Assembly: GCA_034717975.1 (NCBI GenBank)
Contig: JAYEMF010000032.1
Location: 1-20,807, forward strand
DNA from: Campylobacterota bacterium
GTDB taxonomy: Bacteria > Campylobacterota > Campylobacteria > Campylobacterales > Sulfurimonadaceae
Reading direction: 5' to 3'
DNA length: 20,807 nucleotides
A model generated the notes under the pieces. It ran no database searches. It had not been told where the DNA came from and saw only the letters and a list, made by a program, of their open reading frames with translations. Both the position numbers and the translations under genes were made by a program. This document shows, in pieces, positions 7,363 through 15,085 of the stretch. How positions within the stretch are numbered: the first letter of the stretch is position 1; every line of letters begins with the position of its first letter.

Positions 7363-8829
7363 ATGATTACGTGGATGCAACGACATAGAAAATATCTTGT
7401 CGTAACAATGTGGATTTCGGCCATTGCCTTTATTGGTGCCGGCTTTGTAGGATGGGGACAATACTCTTACGGAGAAAAAGCGACTGCCGTTGCCAAAGTG
7501 GGAACTGTTGATATCAGTATGCGAGAGCTTCAGCAGGGTTATAGCCGTCTTTACAGCAAATACAACCAACTCTTTCAAGGAAACTTCGACGAAGCACAGG
7601 CAAAAAGTTTCGGTCTGCAGAAGCAGGCGATGAAGCAACTCATCGACCAGACACTGATTTTAAATCTTGCTCAGAGTTACGGACTGGTCGTCGGTGATGA
7701 TGAACTGCTTGCTGCCATTACTTCAGAGACAGCCTTCAACAAAGATGGAAAATTCGATAAAGAGACTTACCGAAAAGTACTTCAGCAAAACAGACTGAGC
7801 ATCCAGGATTTTGAAGCAGATATGAAAAAAAGCCTGCTGATTCAAAAAACGTTGGAACTTTTTCCCAAACAGTCACTGCCTCTGGAAAAGAAAGCGCTCA
7901 ATGCCGTTATGCTGATTGCCGACAAGATCGATTATAAAATCCTGACAGCCGATATGATCACCATCGACCGGTCGGATGAAGCACTCAAGCAGTTTTGGGA
8001 AAAAAACACGCAAAACTATATGACACTGCCTGCATATAACCTTCAGATCATCACGCAAGAGCGCGTTTCGTCAAATCCGGATGATGCCGCTATCGAAGAG
8101 CACTACAATGCCAACAGACATAACTTCACCGATGCTGAGAGCAAGATCCTCTCTCTTGAAGAGGCCAAACCGGCAGTCATCGCTGCACTCGATGAGAAAG
8201 CCACCCATAAAGCTGCGTTGAAACAGTACATTGCCTTCAAAAAAGAGAAACTGGATCCATCTACAACCATCAACACGGCGACTATTAACGAAAAAGAACA
8301 TTCCTACAGTGCAGAGATATTCAGTGAGATCATGGCCCTTACGCCAGCCTCACCTTATCTTAAGCCGCGTAAAACGGGCAATAGTTACCAGACGATCAAA
8401 CTCGTGAGCAGCGTCCCCTCTAAAGTAAAAACGTTCGAAGCCGCCAAAGCAGAACTCCTGAAAGATTTTGCGGAGAATGAGAAAAGCACAAAACTGCAAG
8501 AACTTGCCAACAACTCACTGGCAACATTCAGTGGCCAGCAATCGCCTTTCATAACACGTGATTTTGAGCTTCCGTTAGACGGTCTCAGCGAAGCAGAAAC
8601 AAAACTTTTCATTGAAGGACTATTCAAGCAATCAACCAAGCGTGGGTCTATAACACTCAATAACGAAAAAATCGTTCTATTCCACATTTTGGAACAGAAA
8701 ATGCTTAAAACCTCTAAAACAGATCAGGAAAACAGTGTGCTACGTTTGAAAACCACTCTGCTGGATCAGGGGCTTATCAAAATGCTTGAAAACAAATTCT
8801 CTGTAGAGATCTATATCGAAGGACTGTAA
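7363..8829 (+). CDS. ppiD: Membrane-anchored periplasmic chaperone/peptidyl-prolyl isomerase, PpiD/SurA-N family
   Basis: N-terminal MITWMQRHRKYL..TMWISAIAFIGAGFVGWG anchor, then VAKVG..I and F..DGKFDK..Y..VL SurA-N motifs. Located just before ftsA-ftsZ, as in Campylobacterota. Confidence 0.88.
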   Translation: MITWMQRHRKYLVVTMWISAIAFIGAGFVGWGQYSYGEKATAVAKVGTVDISMRELQQGYSRLYSKYNQLFQGNFDEAQAKSFGLQKQAMKQLIDQTLILNLAQSYGLVVGDDELLAAITSETAFNKDGKFDKETYRKVLQQNRLSIQDFEADMKKSLLIQKTLELFPKQSLPLEKKALNAVMLIADKIDYKILTADMITIDRSDEALKQFWEKNTQNYMTLPAYNLQIITQERVSSNPDDAAIEEHYNANRHNFTDAESKILSLEEAKPAVIAALDEKATHKAALKQYIAFKKEKLDPSTTINTATINEKEHSYSAEIFSEIMALTPASPYLKPRKTGNSYQTIKLVSSVPSKVKTFEAAKAELLKDFAENEKSTKLQELANNSLATFSGQQSPFITRDFELPLDGLSEAETKLFIEGLFKQSTKRGSITLNNEKIVLFHILEQKMLKTSKTDQENSVLRLKTTLLDQGLIKMLENKFSVEIYIEGL

Positions 8830-8831
8830 GC

Positions 8832-10202
8832 GTGGATAAAACTGTTTTAGCGATCGATATCGGTTCCACAAAAATTTGTGCCATTATTGCCAATATTGAT
8901 GAAGATGACCAGATCACCATCATAGGTGCCGGAATTTCAAAAGCTCAGGGGCTCAAAAAAGGAACCATCACAAATATCGAGCTTGCAGCTAAATCAATCA
9001 AACATGCACTCAGTGATGCCAAACGTGTAGCGGGTACGGACCTCAAACGTGCCATCGTCTCCCTCTCTGGTGCCTATACCAAGAGCCTGAACTCAAGCGG
9101 CATCGTCAATATCCCAAATAAAGAGATCACGATCAAAGAGATCGACCGTGTGATGCGAACCTCTCTATACAATGCCAATATCCCTAACGAATATGAGGTA
9201 CTGCACGCCTTGCCATACAACTTCAAGGTCGATGATCAGGACTTTATTGAAGACCCACTCGGGATGAATGCAGCGCGTCTTGAAGTAGAGACGCATATCA
9301 TCACTTCCCAAAAATCAAATCTTAACAATCTCCGAAAAGCTGTCAAAGGGGCCGGTGTCGATGTAGAGAACATCATCCTAAGCGGTTACGCTTCAGCCAT
9401 TGCCGTACTCAATGAAGATGAGAAAGAGCTGGGTGCTGCCGTTATCGATATGGGCGGAAGTACGAGCAATATCATTATCCATTCAGGCAACTCGGTCCGC
9501 TTTGATGACTTTTTGGGTGTAGGGTCCAACCACATTACCAGCGACCTCTCGATGGCACTTCATACACCACTCAATATGGCCGACAGTGTTAAAATCGAAT
9601 ACGGTTCACTCAATACTCCCAGCAATGAGCTGATCGAACTTCCGATCATCGGGGATGAGACATCTACCCATGAAGTCTCGCTTGAAGTCGTTCACAATGT
9701 GATCTATGCACGTGTTGAAGAGACACTGATGATCATCGCACAGTCGTTGGAAAAAAGCGGTCTGAAAGATCACCTGGGTGCCGGTATCGTACTGACCGGC
9801 GGATTTACCAAAATGGAAGGCATCCGTGAGCTGGCTGTAGCGATCTTTGACAATATGCCGGTACGTCTTGCGAAACCCTCTTCAATGGATGGACTGTTCG
9901 ACACGCTGAGAGACCCGGCCTACTCCGGTGCTGTTGGACTTGTCAACTATGCTTCCGGCGGCTATTGTACTTATGAGATCGACATCAATAAGAACATGCG
10001 TCATCATAATGAAGATCCGATACATAACGAATACGTATCACTTGATGACATCTCTACCGAAAGCGGTGAGATTCCGGTTGCTGCCACTGAACCGGATAAC
10101 AGTGTAGAGAAACTTGTCAAGCTGCCATCCAAGAAGGAAAAGCGCAGTGATGAGCCAACTATTTTTGCCAAATTCTGGAATTGGGCAACCCAGTTATTTT
10201 AA
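8832..10202 (+). CDS. ftsA: Cell division protein FtsA
   Basis: AIDIGSTKI, IDMGGSTS, VG..HITSDLS and GIVLTGG actin-fold motifs, plus a C-terminal amphipathic helix FAKFWNWATQLF. GTG start with AAGGA. Confidence 0.97.
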   Translation: MDKTVLAIDIGSTKICAIIANIDEDDQITIIGAGISKAQGLKKGTITNIELAAKSIKHALSDAKRVAGTDLKRAIVSLSGAYTKSLNSSGIVNIPNKEITIKEIDRVMRTSLYNANIPNEYEVLHALPYNFKVDDQDFIEDPLGMNAARLEVETHIITSQKSNLNNLRKAVKGAGVDVENIILSGYASAIAVLNEDEKELGAAVIDMGGSTSNIIIHSGNSVRFDDFLGVGSNHITSDLSMALHTPLNMADSVKIEYGSLNTPSNELIELPIIGDETSTHEVSLEVVHNVIYARVEETLMIIAQSLEKSGLKDHLGAGIVLTGGFTKMEGIRELAVAIFDNMPVRLAKPSSMDGLFDTLRDPAYSGAVGLVNYASGGYCTYEIDINKNMRHHNEDPIHNEYVSLDDISTESGEIPVAATEPDNSVEKLVKLPSKKEKRSDEPTIFAKFWNWATQLF

Positions 10203-10218
10203 CAAAGGAGTGTGAGAA

Positions 10219-11343
10219 ATGGAACCGTTTTTAGTTGAGGAGTCGTTAATGCAAAAAGGAGCACGAATTGTTGCTGTCGGTGTCGGCGGCGGCGGCGGTA
10301 ATATGATCGGGCACATGCTCAAAGAGTCGGTACCCGGGATTGAGATGATCATCGCCAATACCGATGCACAGGTATTGGAAAAATCAAGTTCTCATACTAA
10401 GATCCAGATCGGTACTAAATTGACCAAAGGTCTCGGTGCAGGGATGAAACCCAGCATTGGTAAAGATTCTGCACTGGAAAGTTATGATGAGATCCGTGCA
10501 GCTCTTGAAGGTGCCGACATCGTCTTTATCGCTGCCGGTCTTGGCGGTGGTACCGGTACCGGAGCTGCACCGGTCATCGCACAGATTGCCAAAGAAGTAG
10601 ATGCGCTGACTATCTCTGTCGTGACAAAACCTTTTGCTTTTGAAGGTCGCAAGCGTATGAAGATGGCCGAAGCCGGTCTGGAAGAGCTGAAGAAAGAGAG
10701 TGATTCCATTGTTGTCATTCCAAACGACAAACTCCTCTCTATCATTGACCGCAGACTTGGTATGAAAGAGAGTTTCAAGATTGTCGACAGTGTGCTTTCC
10801 CGTGCCGTAAGCGGTACAAGCGGTGTAATCCTCGCAAGCGGTGACAATGACATCAACCTTGACTTTGCCGACCTTCAGACGGTTATGAGCCATCGCGGTA
10901 TGGCCCTTATGGGTGTAGGTGAGTATCAGGGTGAAAATGCCGCTTATGAAGCGATCAAGAGTGCCATTGAATCACCACTGCTCGATAACATGTCTATCAA
11001 CGGTGCCATGGGTGTACTTGTCCACTTTAACATGCATCCGGATTTCCCGATGATGGAACTTAGCGAAGCAATGGATGTTGTCCATGAAAGTGCTGATGAA
11101 GAGGCTGAAGTGATCTTTGGTACCAGTACAGATTCGTCACTTCCAATTGACTTTGTCCGTATTACCCTTGTCGCTACAGGTTTTGAACATGACCTCAATA
11201 TAGAGGGGAACAACCCTGACTTCGTTAATGAAGAAGCTCCACAGCAGCCAACCGTTGTTCAGCGCCCTCGCCTGGTAGTCGGCGGTGATATCAGCGAAGA
11301 CTTCCTGGACGTTCCGACTTACATGCGCCAACAAAAAGACTAA
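10219..11343 (+). CDS. ftsZ: Cell division protein FtsZ
   Basis: GVGGGGGN, NTDAQ, tubulin signature GLGGGTGTGAAP, INLDFAD and C-terminal LDVPTYMR core. AAGGAG RBS. Confidence 0.99.
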   Translation: MEPFLVEESLMQKGARIVAVGVGGGGGNMIGHMLKESVPGIEMIIANTDAQVLEKSSSHTKIQIGTKLTKGLGAGMKPSIGKDSALESYDEIRAALEGADIVFIAAGLGGGTGTGAAPVIAQIAKEVDALTISVVTKPFAFEGRKRMKMAEAGLEELKKESDSIVVIPNDKLLSIIDRRLGMKESFKIVDSVLSRAVSGTSGVILASGDNDINLDFADLQTVMSHRGMALMGVGEYQGENAAYEAIKSAIESPLLDNMSINGAMGVLVHFNMHPDFPMMELSEAMDVVHESADEEAEVIFGTSTDSSLPIDFVRITLVATGFEHDLNIEGNNPDFVNEEAPQQPTVVQRPRLVVGGDISEDFLDVPTYMRQQKD

Positions 11344-11355
11344 CTCCGGTTAGTC
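11338..11355 (+). promoter_or_regulatory. Perfect 7-bp hairpin with c(UCCG)g loop spanning the ftsZ stop and abutting the next ATG
   Basis: GACTAAC-TCCG-GTTAGTC-A-ATG, with no U-tract following. Confidence 0.6.
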
Positions 11356-11356
11356 A

Positions 11357-11647
11357 ATGACCTCCTACGACAATCTCCTAAAGGCCAAAACACTCCTTGG
11401 CCTTCACGATAAAGCCACCCTCTCCGAAATAAAATTACGTTATAAAAACCTTATGAAAAAATGGCATCCCGATATGCATCGCGAAGATGTCGACAGTGCG
11501 ACAAAAATGAGTGCAAAAATCAATGAAGCCTATGAAGTGGTGTTAAACTACTGTAACAGCTACGAATACCGCTTTGATGAAGAGTTTTTGAGAGATCAGA
11601 CCATCACCCCTCAGGAGTGGTGGGAGAAACGTTTTGGCGGGCGTTAA
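11357..11647 (+). CDS. Small J-domain (DnaJ-like) protein
   Basis: LGL...ATLSEIK.RYK.LMKKWHPD...INEAYEVV: a complete J domain with HPD, plus a short C-terminal tail (QEWWEKRFG). Confidence 0.9.
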   Translation: MTSYDNLLKAKTLLGLHDKATLSEIKLRYKNLMKKWHPDMHREDVDSATKMSAKINEAYEVVLNYCNSYEYRFDEEFLRDQTITPQEWWEKRFGGR

Positions 11648-11660
11648 GGCGCCGCCTTGA
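11637..11660. terminator. GC-rich hairpin between convergent genes (possible bidirectional terminator)
   Basis: GGCGGGCGTTAAGGCGCCGCCTTG can fold as GGCGG/CCGCC or AAGGC/GCCTT. It lies at the junction of two convergent stop codons. Confidence 0.4.
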
Positions 11661-12152
11661 CTATTTGATTGTACGAAGCAGCATAACTCTTCGATAAAAG
11701 AGCACTGCCAAAGCCACTGCCAAAATTTTAAATGCCAGCTCACTGCCATTGTGCAGTCCGGCAAAGGCTTCACTCATCGTCGCTTCCGGACCTTCAGCCT
11801 GCATTTCAAGTATCTTAGGAGTGTAAACAGAACTAAAAAGAAGCATACTGCCAACAGCGAGGAATGCACTGATTCCTACGATTTTATCACGGCGCATCGA
11901 TTTATATTCATAGAGTTCAACTGCAACGATATATAGTGTTGTAAGGTAGGTCCAGTAGGTAAAACGGCGAAATACCTCTGACATAATAACACCTTCGTTA
12001 TAGTTGTCGAGCAGTGCCACACTCAGCAATGTTTCCGAGTGAAAAACAACCGGTGCTACAAAGATTCCCAACACTAAGACAGCACCAAAAGTGGCTGCGA
12101 TCAATAGAAGATAGGTCAGGTCAAAATACATCTTCATTTTTATTTTATTCAT
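11661..12152 (-). CDS. Integral membrane protein, DUF4149 family
   Basis: Four hydrophobic segments with LG.FVAPVVF, G.IM..VF.RF and F..LH..SE motifs. Lies downstream of prmC, as in Campylobacter. Confidence 0.8.
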   Translation of the reverse strand: MNKIKMKMYFDLTYLLLIAATFGAVLVLGIFVAPVVFHSETLLSVALLDNYNEGVIMSEVFRRFTYWTYLTTLYIVAVELYEYKSMRRDKIVGISAFLAVGSMLLFSSVYTPKILEMQAEGPEATMSEAFAGLHNGSELAFKILAVALAVLFYRRVMLLRTIK

Positions 12153-12153
12153 G

Positions 12154-12987
12154 TTATTTCTCCATTTTTAAAACAAATCCGCGGTCAAAACCAGCCAGAT
12201 CACAATAAAATTCCAGTGATTCAGATCCAAAAGTGCTGACATAGGCTTCCACTTTTGGCTTTTGATCGTATCCCATCTCACAGACGAAACATGCAATTTT
12301 ACGTTCATTAACCTGATCTAAAAGCCGTTGGATGATCTCATCTCCGACCTGGCCGCCAAACAGTGCACTGTCGGGTTCATAATCGAGATTCTTCTCGAGC
12401 TTCGCATCCGCTGCAATATAGGGCGGATTGGAAACCAACAGGTCGATAGGCTCATCGACAGATTCAAGCAGATCACCTTTACGCAGTTCAATACGCTCTT
12501 CAAGGCCGAATGCTTCAATATTCTTTCCAGCCACCATCAGCGCTTCATCACTGATATCTACCGCGATGATCTTCGCATTTGGCAGATGCTGTGCCAATAC
12601 GATAGATATCACTCCACTGCCCACCCCTACTTCAGCGATGGTAAGTGATGCCTCTCGATCAACCTCTTCAAGTACCCTGTCGATCAACAGTTCTGTCTCG
12701 GGACGGGGGATGAGCGCACCCGGTTCAATGTGAAAAGTCTGAGAGTAGAAGCTGACACTGTTTGTGATGTATTCCAATGGCTCACTGTTTTGACGGCGGA
12801 GCATCCACTGCAGCAGACGATCTCCATTGGCGACTTCGTCATCCGGATGGGTAATAAGCCAGAGCTGATCACGCTGCAGATACGCCATAACCAGCAACTC
12901 GGCTTCACGCCGGGGCCGTTCGACGACACCGTCAAGTTCAGCGGTAATGCTCTGAAGCCACTGGGCTACTGATCGAGTGTCGGGCAT
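12154..12987 (-). CDS. prmC: Peptide chain release factor N(5)-glutamine methyltransferase PrmC (HemK)
   Basis: EPLEYI, ALIPRPETELL, EVGVGSG, VSNPPYI, EP..ALFGG and EMGYDQ motifs. Confidence 0.96.
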   Translation of the reverse strand: MPDTRSVAQWLQSITAELDGVVERPRREAELLVMAYLQRDQLWLITHPDDEVANGDRLLQWMLRRQNSEPLEYITNSVSFYSQTFHIEPGALIPRPETELLIDRVLEEVDREASLTIAEVGVGSGVISIVLAQHLPNAKIIAVDISDEALMVAGKNIEAFGLEERIELRKGDLLESVDEPIDLLVSNPPYIAADAKLEKNLDYEPDSALFGGQVGDEIIQRLLDQVNERKIACFVCEMGYDQKPKVEAYVSTFGSESLEFYCDLAGFDRGFVLKMEK

Positions 12988-14216
12988 GAACCTTCCAGAC
13001 CGCTTTCAGTGTCAACTGACTCATTAAAGCCAAGTTCTTTAAGTCGTTCAAGCACCGGAGGGTGCGTGTAATAGAAAAAGATATAGACCGGATGTGAAAG
13101 CGGATAACTTTTGTTTTCCGTTACCAGTTTTTTTAGTGCTTCGGCCAGGAAGAGTTTTCCGCCAAGTTCGGCACCGGTCCTGTCAGCTTCGTACTCGTTA
13201 TGGCGGCTGACAACACCCATGATCGGCATCATGACAAAACTAAGCAGCGGCATAAAGAGCAGAAAGAGTATCATCACCACAGCCGGTGAAGAGGCGATCC
13301 CCATCTCTAAAAAAAGCGATCCGGGAAGATTGCCAAAGAGTGCAAACATCACGAAGAGCATGCCGCCCACAATACCGATATTTTTATAGATATCGCCGTG
13401 GGCAAAGTGCCCGAGTTCATGGCCGAGTACAGCCAGAAGTTCCTGATGCGTCAACTTTTGCAGCAGCGTATCAAACAGTACAACACGTTTTGTTTTACCA
13501 AGGCCGCCGAAATAGGCATTCAGACGTGCATCACGTTTACTGGCGTCGCTGATAAAGACGCCACTGCTGTGAAAGCCCGTCTTTTCCATCAGTGCCTTGA
13601 TCTTTTCATCGAGTTCTTTATCTTCAAGCGGTGAAAGTTTGTCAAAAAAGAGGGCTCGAATGGTCGGGAAGAACATATTGATCAGAATGATCACGCCAAA
13701 GATGAAAGCAAAACTCCAGAGCCACCAGCTTTCAAAACTGTTCATAATGGCATAAACACCCCAGATGACCAGGCCTCCCAATACAATGCTAAGCAGCGTC
13801 GAGATTGCAGTATCTTTGATATAGAGTCCTATAGTCGAACGGTTAAAACCAAACTTTGCATCAAGGACAAACTTGCCATACCAGTCAAGCGGCATAGAGA
13901 TCAGGCCATTGATCAGTACAAAACCCAGCACCATTACAATACTCTTTTGTGCATCACTCTGAAGAAGGGTCATCTCATCCAGCCAGGCGATTCCGCCACT
14001 CATCCAGACGATAAAGAGCAGATACTCGATCAACGCACCTACCATAGAGAGTTTCTCTTTAGCGACACTATAGTTACCCGCTTTCAAAAACTCGCCCGGC
14101 AACATTAAAACAGCTTTTTTGCGTTTGGTCTGGTTGATATAGCCTATCTGCATCACACTCACATAGAGCTTTATTAAAAAATAGAGCGATACCGCTACCA
14201 TTGCACCCGTCAACAT
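12966..14216 (-). CDS. M48 family (Ste24/HtpX-like) membrane zinc metallopeptidase
   Basis: Multiple TM helices, NAYFGGLGKTKRVVLFDTLL, HELGH zinc motif, SRHNEYEAD and YTHPP..ERL. Overlaps prmC by 22 nt. Confidence 0.95.
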   Translation of the reverse strand: MLTGAMVAVSLYFLIKLYVSVMQIGYINQTKRKKAVLMLPGEFLKAGNYSVAKEKLSMVGALIEYLLFIVWMSGGIAWLDEMTLLQSDAQKSIVMVLGFVLINGLISMPLDWYGKFVLDAKFGFNRSTIGLYIKDTAISTLLSIVLGGLVIWGVYAIMNSFESWWLWSFAFIFGVIILINMFFPTIRALFFDKLSPLEDKELDEKIKALMEKTGFHSSGVFISDASKRDARLNAYFGGLGKTKRVVLFDTLLQKLTHQELLAVLGHELGHFAHGDIYKNIGIVGGMLFVMFALFGNLPGSLFLEMGIASSPAVVMILFLLFMPLLSFVMMPIMGVVSRHNEYEADRTGAELGGKLFLAEALKKLVTENKSYPLSHPVYIFFYYTHPPVLERLKELGFNESVDTESGLEGSCPTLDQ

Positions 14217-14250
14217 CCATCAGACCTTAAATATTTTCGCGTATTCTACC

Positions 14251-14439
14251 CTATTTGAGTGGTAAATACCCAATTTTTTCTGTAGCAATTTCATCATCAA
14301 CACTTCCAAAGTAAACTTTGGCAGTCGCATAGATGGCGCCAATAAGCAGTCCGGCAATCACAACGGCCCAGACAATACGTTTTTTCTCACCCTTGAGGGT
14401 ATTGTAGTCTTCAATTGTATTCAAGGTCGGTTCATTCAT
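14251..14439 (-). CDS. Small single-TM hypothetical protein
   Basis: 62 aa with a charged N-terminus, KKR, then a hydrophobic helix (IVWAVVIAGLLIGAIYA). Fills otherwise non-coding space on the same strand as the downstream operon. Confidence 0.75.
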   Translation of the reverse strand: MNEPTLNTIEDYNTLKGEKKRIVWAVVIAGLLIGAIYATAKVYFGSVDDEIATEKIGYLPLK

Positions 14440-14477
14440 AGTTTATCTTTCTTAATGTTTTTATGGATTGATTTCAA

Positions 14478-14528
14478 ATTCTCCGGCCTGAAAAAAAGGA
14501 GGGAAAAGTTCAGGAGGGGGAGGAGAAT
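14478..14528. ncRNA. Candidate sRNA or leader hairpin with C/U-rich (minus strand) or GGA-rich (plus strand) loops
   Basis: Stems ATTCTCC/GGAGAAT (14478-84/14522-28) and CCTGAA/TTCAGG (14487-92/14509-14). AGGAGG at 14497 and 14512, GGAGGAG at 14519. No convincing ORF follows them on the plus strand. Confidence 0.4.
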
Positions 14529-14712
14529 GTAAGTAGAAGAATAGCTGTTTTTCTTATGCTCTATATCAAAACAAATAGTTAGCTTGACGATTTAAGTTTG
14601 ATTTTTGGATATTTTCTTCGTCATACATTTTCCATTTAAAATTTAGATATAGTATGATTAACTAAAAAAAGCTGGATACTACTTTGAATTTTACACTACG
14701 TGGCGGTCGTAT

Positions 14713-15039
14713 ATGAATGACGATTTTATTCCCATGATTGAACCTACACCCGAACCCAGGCAGAAAAAATGCAAACTCCTTGTTTTTTTAATTGGGTCGG
14801 GACTCAGCTATGGTACCTTCATCATAGCCCTCATTGTATGGTTCTATTATGACTTTTTTTACGCTTTTGGTGCCTTACTCATCAGTTATCTTATTATGGG
14901 AATCATCCGTTCAAAACTTCGTAACAGTGTCATTCCTCCCAGCCAGCAGGAGTACTCCTACAGTGACAATGCCATTGCAGCGTGGTATGTGTCAAGACGC
15001 TTATTATGCGACTATAAGTATCAGGATGATCCAGTATAA
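14713..15039 (+). CDS. Hypothetical membrane protein (two TM helices)
   Basis: 108-aa ORF with two hydrophobic segments and a soluble tail (RSKLRNSVIP..QQEY.Y.D.AIA.WY). GGCGG upstream. Confidence 0.75.
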   Translation: MNDDFIPMIEPTPEPRQKKCKLLVFLIGSGLSYGTFIIALIVWFYYDFFYAFGALLISYLIMGIIRSKLRNSVIPPSQQEYSYSDNAIAAWYVSRRLLCDYKYQDDPV

Positions 15040-15085
15040 TTCCATCAACAGAATATTCCAATTCCCTATTTCCTAAAGAGACACC

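Noticed and set aside
12966..12987. 22-nt overlap between the M48 peptidase and prmC as a possible frameshift or fusion
   Set aside because: Both proteins are full length, and prmC has its own AAGG RBS. This is an ordinary operon overlap.
14566..14628. Minus-strand mini-ORF MYDEENIQKSNLNRQANYLF containing ThiF/MoeB-like SNLNRQ
   Set aside because: The flanking residues show no ThiF similarity (no GxGxxG) and there is no proper RBS. Most likely chance.
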